Assembly (NCBI RefSeq): GCF_001447785.1
Contig: NW_015174851.1
Span: 777,604 to 841,603, forward strand
Source: Gekko japonicus
Taxonomy: Eukaryota
Length of the DNA stretch: 64,000 nt
Reading direction: 5' to 3'
Notes under the pieces: generated by a model
Told to the model about the DNA's origin: nothing
Database searches by the model: none
Seen by the model: the letters and a program-made list of their open reading frames with translations, nothing else
Shown: one piece after another, positions 1 through 10,353 of the stretch
How positions within the stretch are numbered: position 1 is the stretch's first letter
How the letters are laid out: each line of letters begins with the position of its first letter
Program-made: the position numbers and the translations under genes

Positions 1-807
1 ATAAGGATCAGTCAGGCATACAAGGTGTAGGGGTTAGTACCTCCAGTAGGGGTCACAGGGCACTCTATGGGGGGCAGTCACATCGGCGGCATATAGGGCC
101 TTGCCATCCCTAGAAGTCACTTGTAAGGTGGTGACATGGAAATTTGTCCATTCCTTTACAAAGTACTATAGGATTGACAAACTAGCCTTGGCAGAAGCAG
201 CATTTGACAGTAGAATGCTCCTTCAGGCCCTGTAGGCACCGGAAGTTGTGTGACCCACCCAGGGGGAGCACTGCTTTTTTACATCCCAGGAGTAAGGAGT
301 CAAGGACTGCCCCACTCCTGGACCACCGGAGAATGGAAGATTTGTATTCACTTACCATGAAGCTTCCTTCTTGGTGGTCCAGAGTTGGGCAGTCCTACCC
401 TCTCTTGATGGACACAACTTCCGGTCCTTTGTCCTTTACGTTTTGCAGTGGTTCAGCTGTTCATGAATATGGTCTAACTGATTACGTGATGTGGTGGACT
501 GTTGCTGTTTATTTGCTGTAATGGTTAAAATACAGGTTTGTATTTGTTTAAGCCCATGGCTGTGATGGTATTCCCCAGTTGTCTGAGGGGGAAGGAGTTA
601 TTTTTAAGTGGATTTACAGAAGCTTGGAGGTGGCTTTTGGTATGACTGGGGATCAGAGGATAAGCCCCTCCCCTCTGGGATCAAAGTTTGCTGGCCCTGC
701 CTACAGAAGGGGGAGGTGCTTTCCCAGGAGTAAGGAGTCAAGGACTGCCCCACTGTGGACCACTGAGAAGGAAGCTTCACGGTAAGTGAATACAAATCTT
801 CCATTTT
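1..807 (+). mobile_element. DIRS-type tyrosine-recombinase retrotransposon, decayed 3' end (YR C-terminus, internal complementary region, right terminal repeat)
   Basis: 1-230 translates, with a stop and a frameshift, to ISQAYKV*GLVPPVGVTGHS..AVTSAAYRALPSLEVTCKVVTWKFVHSFTKYYRIDKLALAEAAF, which fits the DIRS YR pattern (AHSTR..ATSAA..IC.AATW..F..HY). 332-396 is the reverse complement of 741-805, and 285-330 is a direct copy of ~723-768. This is the DIRS ICR/ITR arrangement. Confidence 0.85.
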
Positions 808-998
808 GTTTCAGCAACAATAGCCAGATTCTGACAATATCACCCACACGTTCTCCTTTGCCGCTAAAGCAGTGAAGCTGTTATGATTTTTATTTGTTGC
901 CTCTTCCCTACTTTTCTCTCATTACAAGTAAAGAGGTTTGGGAAATATAAATATAAATTTAGATTATAGGGGTATTAGAAGTTGAAAAGACTAAAATT

Positions 999-2006
999 AT
1001 GGATAAAAACACAGGAGCAAGACGATTATCTATATCAAACCCCTCAGGTATACCACAAATGAATTCAAAAGAGCTACAAAATTTGATTCAAGAATCAATG
1101 TTGGGTATAATTAATACAGCCATGGACACAGCAGTAGCCAAAGCGATACAACCATTACAAAAAAAAACTTGAAGAACTATCTAAGCTAGATGATATTTCA
1201 AATCGATTGATGATACAGACAGAGGAGATTAAAAAACAACTGGCTGAAAACAAGCAAGAGATAGCATCTTTAGTAAATATGACAAATAAATTGGAATTGA
1301 AAGTGGGAACTACGGAGGAGAAATTACAGGAGGTGGAAAATAAACAAGAATCCCTAGAAGAGGTGGTTATTAGATTGGAAATGGAAAAAGCGTCATATAT
1401 TCTTAGACTACAAAATTTACCAGAAAAAAAGATGAAGATTTAAAACAAGAAATAAGCCAGGCGTTAGCTGAATTCTTAGAGATAGAGTCGAGTGGAGAAA
1501 TAGAGACCAATATAGAGGCAGTTTATAGAGTTAATTCTGCCTATGCAAGACAAAACAAAGTTCCCAGGGAAATTCAAATAAAGTTTATAAGGAGAGACCA
1601 AAAAGATAAGATATTGTGAATGTCAAATGAAAAGACCCTCAAAATAAATGAAACACAAGTTAAAATCCTACGGGAGATACCATGGAGGGTCAGGGAAAAG
1701 AGATTGGAATACTCCATTCTGGTTGACCTCTTAAAAAGTCAGAACATCCAGTACAGGTGGCTGGTCCCAGAGGGTATCTTTTTTATTTATAAAGGTAAAA
1801 GATTTAGGATAAACTCAATATTTAAGTTAGAAGACTTTTTGGGAAAATATGGAAAGGATCTGGGCTGGCTAGAAGAATAAGAGGACTCCACAGAGTCAGA
1901 GGATGAATCTCAGAAACAAGAGGAGGCAGGTAGTAATAAAGAGGAAAAAGAAGGGGGAAAAAAGAGAAGTAGAAAGGGTCACAGAAAACAAGACAAAGAT
2001 GAGTAG
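999..2006 (+). pseudogene. L1 ORF1 (coiled coil, RRM, CTD), disrupted
   Basis: MDKNTGARRLSI... then coiled coil EEIKKQLAENKQ...LEMEKASYILRLQNLPE, RRM AVYRVNSAYARQNKVPREIQIKF, and CTD KILREIPW...IQYRWLVPEG. Frameshifts at the A-run near 1158-1167, near 1215-1222 and at the A-run near 1424-1430; in-frame stops at 1617-1619 and 1878-1880; natural stop TAG at 2004-2006. Confidence 0.88.
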
Positions 2007-5000
2007 TCAGGGGATAAAAATAATCTCTATTAATATAAATGGATTAAATTCACCGCAAAAGAGATCTAGAACCTATTTACAATTAAAAAAACAAAATGCA
2101 GATATAATCTGCATCCAGGAGACACACATTAAAAAAGATGATGCTCATTTATTAGAAAATAAAAAACTAGAAAAACTTTTTATGGCAGCAGACGCTACAA
2201 AGAAAAAAAAAGGGGTAGCTATATATGTTAAAGAAAAACTACAACCAGAGCTATTATTTGAGTCTGAAGATGGTAGAATGGTTATGATTCAAATATATAG
2301 ACAAAATAAATCGGTTCTAATTGCTAATATATACGCTCCAAACCAAAATCCAGAAAAGTTTTTCAGACAATTAAGAGAAGTATTGGTGAAACAAATGTGC
2401 AATGAAATCTGTATTGTAGGTGACTTTAATGCAGTATATGATAGGTTAATGGATAGGAAATACTCGGACAAGAAACAGAAACAAGGAAATGAACTGCCTA
2501 AAGCCTTCTTACAAACAATAGAAGAATTCAAACTTGTAGATGCGTGGAGAACCCAGAATATAGATAAAAAGGATTTTACTTATTACTCAAGTAGACACAG
2601 ATCGTGGTCTAGGTTGGACATGATGTGGGTCTCCGCAGAAATGATAAATGACGTGAAAGAGATTGAAATTTTGCCAGCAACTTACGCTGATCATAACCCT
2701 ATTGTATGTACTTTGACAGATGTAATAAAAAAAAGAAGATGGACCTTAAATACGTGGTTATTAAAAGATAAAAAATTTCTATTGGAATCCAAAAAGGCAT
2801 TTAAGATGTTTTTTAAAGAGAATATGACAGCAGAGGTAGCTATAGAAACTATATGGGATACATTCAAGGCATACTCAAGGGGATGGTTTATAAGGCAAAA
2901 TGCATGGAAGAAAAAACAAAAGGATAGGGAATTGAATTTGATAAAGGAAAATATAAAGGCAGAAGAAAAGGAAATGAAGAGAGCAAAGGATAATTTACAA
3001 GAAATTAAAAATAAAATTAATCAACTTCAGCACCATCTAAACTGTATTCTAGCTCAAGAAGTTGCAACAAAAATAAAATTCACAAGACAACGATATTTCG
3101 AGCAAGCTAATAAGCCAACTAGGTGGTTGGCGTATAAACTAAGACAGGAAAGAGAAAAGAAAACAATAAAAAGTTTAAAAGATGAGAAAGGACAGGAAAA
3201 ATTTCTTTTAAAAGATCTGAAAGAGGTCGTGGAAAACTTCTATGAGAAATTATATAGAAGAGATGATGTTAACTTAGAGGATGTAAGAAGCTATCTTGAT
3301 AAATACTTAGAAGGAAAGTTTACGGATGATCAAAGGAGGGATTTAAATGAGCGAGTAACTATGTGCAAAATTACAGAGGCGATAAGAAACCAAAATAATA
3401 ATAAAATGCCAGGTCCAGATGGAATTCCTATAGAGTTTTATAAGGCTTTTGAGGAGGAAATAGCAATACCGTTACAAAAGGTAATTAATAACATCTCGGG
3501 TGAGGGACAAATCCCAAGTTCATGGAGAGAAGCTCAAATTACCCTAATACACAAACAGGACACAGAAAGAAATGAAATACGCAATTATAGGCCCATATCA
3601 TTACTTAATGTCGATTATAAGATCTATGCATATATATTAGCGGCTAGGCTTAAGAGGGTCCTTCGACATACCATACATAAAGACCAAGCAGGTTTTTTGC
3701 CGAAGAAGCAGATTCAAGATAATACAAGAATAATTTTAAATGTTTTAGAATTCTATGAACAACATCCGGAAAAAACCATGGCCTTGATATTTGTTGATGC
3801 AGAGAAAGCATTCGACAATATTAGTTGGAGTTTTATATTAGAAAAATTAAAATATTGGGATTGTGGAGAAATTTTTTTGAAAATGGTAAGAAAAATATAT
3901 GAAAGACAAACAGCCAAAATAACAATAAATGGCAATTTAACAAATAATATTGAAATTCAAAAGGGCACCCGCCAGGGTTGCCCATTGTCACCACTTCTAT
4001 ACATTTTTGCTATAGAAATTCTGCTAACACGTATTAGACAGGACAATGAAATGAAGGGTTTAGAGATAAAAGGGGAAAATTATAAAGTACAGGCCTTCGC
4101 CGACGATATGACTTTTATTTTGGAAGAGCCTCAAAGTTCGCTGGATAAATTAGTTCTGAACCTAAAAGAATATGGTGAAGTCGCAGGATTAATAATTAAT
4201 AAAAAGAAAACAAAGATCTTATTAAAAAATGCCAGAGGAAATACAGAAAAGCAACTCCAGGACCTTTCAGGCTTTGCAATTCAAAAGAAGGTAAAATATT
4301 TAGGTATAGTCTTGACAAATAGGTGCTGCTCACTGTATAAGGATAATTATGAAAAATTACTTTCAGAAGTAAAGAAAGATTCAGAATTATGGAGAGGTTT
4401 ACATATCTCACTGATGGGGAAAGTCTCAACAATAAAAATGAATGTCTTACCCCGCATTCTCTTTCTATTCCAAACTATTCCAATATTAAAAAATCAAATC
4501 TTCTTTAAAAAATTGGAGAAACTAGTAAAGGACTTTATATGGCAACAAAAAAGGCCAAGAATAAAGCTAAAATATTTACAAGAAAGTAAATTAAGAGGTG
4601 GTTTAGCTCTCCCAGACTGGGCATTATATTATAGAGCGATGGCTATGAATTGGCTGCGGGACTGGATAGTACAAGATGACAAGAGAGTCTTGAGTCTTGA
4701 GGGGCATGACATACCGAGGGGGTGGCACTTTTATATGTGGTACAATAAAAACAGACCTGCCACTCTTTTTAAACAACATACTATCAGAGCGGCGTTATTT
4801 AAAATCTGGGAGGAGATTAAAGCAAAATACTATACAAAACTACCTAGGTGGATTTCACCCATAGAAGCACTACAATTACCCTCCTTATACATTAAATATT
4901 CAAAATGGAGATATGATGATCTTTTAGACTCAAAGGGAGAGCTGGCTTCGGAGAAATGGCTTGAAGAAAAGGGTACAAAGATGACTTGGTGGGAAAAAAA

Positions 5001-5748
5001 CCAACTAATATCAAGGTGGACAAAGGATAAACAAGTGGGCATTTATAATAGTCAGACTGATTTAGACAAGATATGGTTAAATACTAAAGAGAAATTTATC
5101 AAAGGAATGTATAATTTCTGGTTGGAGTTGAAAATGGAAGATGAACAGATAAAGCCATCTATGATAGCATGGATGCAGGATTGGGGATATAATTTGAGTG
5201 TTGAACAATGGGAAAAAGTGTGGTCAAGAAATATAAAATTTGTAAGAACAAGTGCCTTCAAAGAAAACATTATAAAGATGTTTTATAGATGGCATATTTC
5301 GCCGGCTAGGTTGAATAAATTCAATAAGAAAATAGGGGGAAAGTGTTGGAAGTGTAAATTATGTACTGGTACCTTCTACCATATGTGGTGGCTCTGTTCT
5401 AAATCAAAGAGATATTGGGCCATGGTGAAAGGAATTATAGATAAAATGTTGGGGAAAGATTTCCCTTTGAAACCTGAGTGTTGTTTGTTAAATGTATTAC
5501 CCGATTCATATAAAGAAAAAGAGTTGTATTTAATTATGCAAATACTAACCGCAGCAAGGATTGTATTCGCAAAAAGATGGAAAGAGGAATGTATTCCTTC
5601 TATGGACAAGATTGTAAGTAAATTATTCTATATTGCAGAAATGGAGAAACTAACCTATATTGTTGAAGAAAGAAATATGGAAAAGTATGACAAGTATTGG
5701 AAAAATTTTTATGTTTGGGTAAAACAGGATGGGTGTAAATTAACGTAA
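1999..5748 (+). CDS. L1 ORF2p: APE endonuclease, reverse transcriptase, C-terminal CCHC; 1249 aa, uninterrupted
   Basis: Endonuclease motifs SININGLN, IQETH, IYAPN, GDFN, SRLD, ADHN. RT motifs PGPDG, YRPISLLNVDYK, VDAEKAFD, GTRQGCPLSP, QAFADD, YLGI. Zinc knuckle CWKCKLCTGTFYHMWWLC. The likely start is MSSQGIKIIS at 1999. Confidence 0.97.
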   Translation: MSSQGIKIISININGLNSPQKRSRTYLQLKKQNADIICIQETHIKKDDAHLLENKKLEKLFMAADATKKKKGVAIYVKEKLQPELLFESEDGRMVMIQIYRQNKSVLIANIYAPNQNPEKFFRQLREVLVKQMCNEICIVGDFNAVYDRLMDRKYSDKKQKQGNELPKAFLQTIEEFKLVDAWRTQNIDKKDFTYYSSRHRSWSRLDMMWVSAEMINDVKEIEILPATYADHNPIVCTLTDVIKKRRWTLNTWLLKDKKFLLESKKAFKMFFKENMTAEVAIETIWDTFKAYSRGWFIRQNAWKKKQKDRELNLIKENIKAEEKEMKRAKDNLQEIKNKINQLQHHLNCILAQEVATKIKFTRQRYFEQANKPTRWLAYKLRQEREKKTIKSLKDEKGQEKFLLKDLKEVVENFYEKLYRRDDVNLEDVRSYLDKYLEGKFTDDQRRDLNERVTMCKITEAIRNQNNNKMPGPDGIPIEFYKAFEEEIAIPLQKVINNISGEGQIPSSWREAQITLIHKQDTERNEIRNYRPISLLNVDYKIYAYILAARLKRVLRHTIHKDQAGFLPKKQIQDNTRIILNVLEFYEQHPEKTMALIFVDAEKAFDNISWSFILEKLKYWDCGEIFLKMVRKIYERQTAKITINGNLTNNIEIQKGTRQGCPLSPLLYIFAIEILLTRIRQDNEMKGLEIKGENYKVQAFADDMTFILEEPQSSLDKLVLNLKEYGEVAGLIINKKKTKILLKNARGNTEKQLQDLSGFAIQKKVKYLGIVLTNRCCSLYKDNYEKLLSEVKKDSELWRGLHISLMGKVSTIKMNVLPRILFLFQTIPILKNQIFFKKLEKLVKDFIWQQKRPRIKLKYLQESKLRGGLALPDWALYYRAMAMNWLRDWIVQDDKRVLSLEGHDIPRGWHFYMWYNKNRPATLFKQHTIRAALFKIWEEIKAKYYTKLPRWISPIEALQLPSLYIKYSKWRYDDLLDSKGELASEKWLEEKGTKMTWWEKNQLISRWTKDKQVGIYNSQTDLDKIWLNTKEKFIKGMYNFWLELKMEDEQIKPSMIAWMQDWGYNLSVEQWEKVWSRNIKFVRTSAFKENIIKMFYRWHISPARLNKFNKKIGGKCWKCKLCTGTFYHMWWLCSKSKRYWAMVKGIIDKMLGKDFPLKPECCLLNVLPDSYKEKELYLIMQILTAARIVFAKRWKEECIPSMDKIVSKLFYIAEMEKLTYIVEERNMEKYDKYWKNFYVWVKQDGCKLT

Positions 5749-6479
5749 TCATATTATCTTGTGCCTAAGTTGGATTTATTTAAGTTTTTCTTATGATGGA
5801 AGATCTCTGTAAATATGTGTATTTGGTGGTGTGTTAGTTTATCTCACTTTAGTGAGGTATAGTTGTTAAAACTTAATAAACAGATTATTTTTTTTAAAAA
5901 AAGGAAAATGCTGACCTTTGGAGATTTCAAGCCTTGCATGTGAGATTCAGCATAACTTAAATTTTAAATCCTAAACAGAGTGAAACCCTTCTAATTCCAC
6001 TGAAATCAACAAACTGAGAAATGTGTAACTCTCCACAAGGCTTTCGTTAGAGAAAGTTTATTAAAGAGATTTGAGATGCTGCAAAGATGACTTCTTTGTC
6101 AGGACTGAGGAACTAAAACCCACATTCCATGTACACGTCACACACTCAGAAGTATAAGCAATCCTAAGAACCCAGACGGATACAATGGTTCAACGAGCCA
6201 TTCAAAAGTCTTATCATCTTCAAGGACACTCTCATGAGAAAGTTCCTGAGGTGCTACTTGGGAAAAAGGTTACCAGCATTGCCTCCCTAAACAACAGACA
6301 TTCACACAGTCACTCTTCCTCCCAACAGGAATGTCAGTGAGGGTGAGTGATAAGCAGATGGCTGGATACATCCGCTTTAGCTAGCAAAAGCAAGGGGGAG
6401 GAGAATGGGGTTTATAGGTTAGATAGATCATGTTGGTAATACTACAGGTGTTGAACACACAAATAAGAACATTGTAGAA

Positions 6480-6800
6480 GGCGAACCCGAGTCTGACAGA
6501 CGCAGACCACAGCCGCCACTACCACCACCGCATATATGCGGAGCAGGACCGTCGGGGATGGGCCGATGGGAAATGGAACATCATGGCTCATGCCGTCCCC
6601 CTTCTGATTTTGACTTTGGACCTCCTCATGACATGTAATGGAGAATGAGCAATCTAGTCCTTCATGTATCCGTGAGATGTTAATATTTTTAGCTTCTGTT
6701 GTTTTAACGCATGTTTTATAGCACCTTGTGCCCTGTAAGCCACCCTGAGCCCGCGTGCGGGGAGGGCGGGATAGAAATGGAATGAAATAAATAAATAAAA
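6480..6800 (+). mobile_element. Short retroposon or L2 3' fragment with L2-type tail
   Basis: Ends in tgtaagccaccctgagccc...ggagggcgggatagaaat followed by (aaat)n, the L2-type 3' terminus. The 5' limit is uncertain. Confidence 0.55.
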
Positions 6801-6812
6801 CCAGCAAAAACT

Positions 6813-7727
6813 ATGCAAAAATCATCTGACTCAAAAACAGTCAAATGACCCGATGTCAGTAAAGGCTTTCTTTTTGCCTGGTGATGCCTTAAAGCCATTG
6901 GGTTTCAAACCCTTGGCTCCAGTCTAAAAAACTGCTAACACAGGCACCAAAAATAACAACATGCCACTCTGTAAAAAAGACCTGATAGTCCTCAGAGAAG
7001 ACCTTCATCAATTTTTAAAAACATCAATGGCAGAACTACTGCAACCAGTCCACTCCAAGCTCTATGATTTAGCCAAGGAGTTAAAAGAAACTTTGAAAGT
7101 GAACAAATATGCTACAGAGGCCCCGGTCACACGGGCAGGAAACCGCAGGGGGGAAGCGTGGCAGATTGCCCCAGGGCAAACTAAGGCGCAGTTACCTGAC
7201 CAGACCTCCCGTGGAGGTACCGTGGAGGTCCCGTGGGAAGGGAGAGGCGCCGATCGCAGGACACTCCCGCGTGCAAAAACGAAGCGCGCGGTTCGGCAAA
7301 CCGGATAGTTTTTTTCTGTACAGCACGACTGCGCATGCTCCTTAGGGTGCTTTTGCGCATCCAGGAAGACCTGGGGGGAAAAAAACTTTGTTGCACGGAA
7401 GGGAACATGGGCGGGCGCCGGATGCCACCGGAAACGCGATCAGACGCCCGCCCTTGCCCCGCGGTTTCCGGATACTAGTACCTCCGAGGTACTAGTTTTT
7501 TGCTGCGTGGTTTCGGCGGGAAGCCTCGTTTGAGCCACGGGAGTGCTACGCTTCCCAGATGTGTCGGTGAGATCGTGTCCGGAAACTCCGCATGTCTTCC
7601 GTCTGACTAGCGTGACTACTGTTCCGTGTGACCGCAGCCAGAGATTGGCATTACACTTCAGGAGGAAGTCAGAGCACTTCAAGCCTCTGATAAAACTATG
7701 CTTGATAGAATATTTACCTTGGTTTAA
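6813..7727 (+). pseudogene. L1/half-L1 ORF1 N-terminal coiled-coil relic interrupted by a MITE
   Basis: LREDLHQFLKTSMAELLQPVHSKLYDLAKELKETLKVNKYATE joins in frame to IGITLQEEVRALQASDKTMLDRIFTL when 7119-7639 and one AGA copy are removed. Confidence 0.6.
7119..7639 (+). mobile_element. ~520-bp CpG-rich non-autonomous DNA transposon (Harbinger-like MITE), copy 1
   Basis: TIRs ggccccggtcacacgg / ccgtgtgaccgcagcc; 3-bp TSD AGA (7116-7118, 7640-7642); internal palindrome actagtacctccgaggtactagt. Confidence 0.88.
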
Positions 7728-7913
7728 ACTGGACAGCCCAACAGAGCCAGCAAAGGAGCCAATCCTGCAGGAAGAACTCTTTCCACAGGCTTGGCTGGGG
7801 TTCTGCTGGGCAGCCCAGTTTAAACTGGACTGAGCCCCAGCCCAGCCTGCAGGGAGAATTCTACCTGCAGAATCAGTTCCTTTGTGGGCTCTGTTGGGCA
7901 GTCTAGTTTAAAC
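7722..7913. repeat. ~190-bp imperfect palindrome with GTTTAAAC at both ends and the centre; probable DNA-transposon internal sequence
   Basis: gtttaaactggacagcccaacagagcc... pairs with ...ggctctgttgggcagtctagtttaaac; a third GTTTAAAC lies at 7818-7825. Confidence 0.7.
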
Positions 7914-8129
7914 ACCTCCTTTTTAATGGGACTGCAGAAGAAAGCTCAGAAACAGCTGAGCAGTGGGAGCAATCTTCTCTAGCCCCTCAGCTGTTGTCAA
8001 GTTTGCCAATAATTCCTGAATATATCTGGGGGGGGGGGGTTCAGGGATTTTTATTCGGTTCCCCGGCAAAATCCCGGATAGATTTGGTATGCCGAAATAT
8101 ACACCAAAATACAGTTAAGGTGTTTTTCA

Positions 8130-9192
8130 GGTAAGAGGGGCTCTTGATACAGGTTTATAAAGGCTCCGGTCGCAAAGAGAATTTGCTGCACGAAAGGCAC
8201 GAATGTCGGGTGGATTTTCGGTGTGCGATCACACCACAACATCTGGGAAGCGTAGTACACCCGTGGCCAACCTGTGGCGTCCCGACGAAGATGCGGAGTT
8301 AAAAAGTACCAAGGAAAGTGCACTAGTATCTGGAAAACGCGCGACACAGGCGGGCGTCTAATTGTGGGAGTGCTAGTATCCTGTGGCATCCGGTGCCCAT
8401 CCATGTCCCATCGCAAAATGGATGTTTTTCGTAAGCACATGTGCACAAACACGAAACTGAAAGCAGTGCTGCTCCATGGAACTGTGCATGTGTACAAACG
8501 TGAAATGCTTGTGTGATCGCACCGTGCCACTTCTTTGCCACACTGCAGCATCGCCATGTGATCGCCAGCTAACAGCCAAAGCACAGAGACTCGGGGGACT
8601 GTGTGATCAGGCTACTGTTCTTTATTATGCTCCAGGGTGAACAGCCACGCCTCCCCCCCACGTTATCTTGCCCATGTGACTGGGGCCAAAATTATGCATG
8701 GGGTGGAGAGAGTTGACAAAGAAAACTTTTCCACCCTCTCCCAAAATAATAGAAGTTGGGGGTATCAGTCAGTCAGGCAGGCATTTATTACAGCAACAAG
8801 CCATAGGATAAGTCGGGGGTATCCAATGAAGCTGATGGGCAGTAGGTTCTGGATGGACAAAATGAAATACTACTTTACACAGAAAGTGATTAAAATGTGG
8901 ACTTCTCTGCCAGAGGATGTAGTGGTGGCCACAGGAATAAACAGCTTTAAAAGGGGATTAGATAGATTCATGGTGGATAAGTATCAATGGCTACTAGCCA
9001 TGGTGACTGAGGTTAACCTGCACATTCAGAGGCACTAATCCTCTGAATCCCAGAGCCAGGAGGCAACATCAGGGGAAGGCCTCAGCTTCCATGCCCTGTT
9101 ATTGGCCATCCAGAGGAACTGGTTGACCACTGTGTGAGACAGGATGCTGGACTAGATGGACTGTTGGTCTGATCCAGCAGGGCTCTTATGTT
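8130..9192 (+). mobile_element. CR1 LINE 3' fragment interrupted by a MITE
   Basis: aggtttataaa|attatgcatggggtggagagag is split by the MITE; encodes KIMHGVERVDKE..KYYFTQKVIKMWTSLPEDVV..SFKRGLDRFM; ends in ctcttatgttc. Confidence 0.88.
8162..8687 (-). mobile_element. Harbinger-like ~520-bp MITE, diverged copy 2
   Basis: Ends ggctccggtcgca / ccatgtgactggggcc; TSD AAA on both sides; removing it restores the CR1 sequence. Confidence 0.8.
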
Positions 9193-9964
9193 CAGATCTT
9201 GTCTCAGGGTGATTTTCCACAAGCGCTGCGCCATGCTCACTCTTCTCTTTGCCCCAATGGTACGTGTCAATTTCACACAAGCTGCTGCGTGGCCACATTT
9301 TGCCTTGCAGCTTCACGCGATTTCCCCTCAATCCTGTTTTTGAGCGTTTCATCGGGGTCTTCAGACGAGGACTCCCTCTCTGAAAAGGGGTCATCTGCCC
9401 CCAAAAGCTCTTATAAACTGAAGATTAGAAAAGATAAGAATAAATAAGGGCTGAAGGACTCTTATTTGTGCCTGAAGAAATGTGAAATAACTTGGGGATG
9501 CTCTGGGAATTTCTTTAAACAGTTAAAAGGGATGGTTAAATGATAATTAATCTAGCCTAACCGACTAAATTCAATGTATTATGAGCAGCTTTTTGAAAAT
9601 AGCATGGTGTCAAGCTGATGTATGATCTCCTACTCTTGGGTTTTTAGTTAGTTGTGGGTCTTTTTCTTTATCCCCTAGATGTAGTTCCCTTCTTATATTT
9701 TCTATTGTAGTTTTGTAGTGTGTAACAAAAAACCAATAAAAACCTCCCCCCCAGGGGGATGAAAAAAGAAAGTGGTGGTGAGCAGAAAGCAGGGGTCACA
9801 AACTGCTACAAACCAGTTCAGTTCAGTTCACAAACCAACTTCCTGATTGGTATTGGTTTGTTGTTAGGTTCACGGTTTGTGTCCAGCCTTAGCTCTGTCC
9901 AGCCTGGGACCAACATACACTATGGACTGTCTTTTCCCATATGAACCTACCTGTTCACTCCAAT

Positions 9965-10353
9965 CATTCTTGGAGGCCCTGCTTCATTTGCCTCCTCCAT
10001 CTGAGGCTATATGGGTGCCGATCTGAGAAAGGGCCTATTTCTTAGTGGCACCAAAACTCTGCTACTCCCTCCGGAGGAGGATTTACCTGTCTCCCTCTAT
10101 TGGTGTCTTTGAACAGCAGGTGAAGACTTTGTTTTTTTCTGGTGTATCCATGTTTTTGACCTCCCTTTTAGTGTTGTTGATATTTTTCATGTTGTTTATG
10201 TGTTGTCAATTGAATTTTATATTTTGTGTGTTTGTATTTTCAATTGCATTTTTTGTTTTAACTGTATTCTAATTGTTTAAATGTTTTTATGTTTGCTGCC
10301 TTGTGGATCCTGACTGGGTGGAAAGATGGCATTAAAATGTTTTAAATAAATAA
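9965..10353 (+). mobile_element. L2 LINE 3' end
   Basis: agggcctatttcttagtggcaccaaaactctg..actccctcc (degenerate RAFSV.AP.LWNSLP), T-rich UTR and (aaat)n tail. Confidence 0.7.

Larger units (their letters stand above)
808..5902 (+). mobile_element. L1 (LINE-1) retrotransposon, near full length
   Basis: A-rich sense strand, disrupted ORF1 (999-2006), intact ORF2 (1999-5748), short 3' UTR with AATAAA at 5875-5880 and an A-run. The 5' boundary is approximate and no TSD was found. Confidence 0.95.

Noticed and set aside
1903-1998. 32-aa N-terminal extension of ORF2 in the ORF track
   Set aside because: The endonuclease domain starts at MSSQGIKIIS (1999); the upstream stretch is the ORF1 tail read in another frame.
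5880-5920. TSD for the L1
   Set aside because: No copy of the 3' flank (aaggaaaatgctg) was found near 800-1000, so the 5' boundary is left approximate.
7109-7833. Cluster of overlapping GC-rich ORFs (also 17287-17994 and 58838-59317)
   Set aside because: They lie within GC-rich MITEs, where stops are rare; no transposase motifs.
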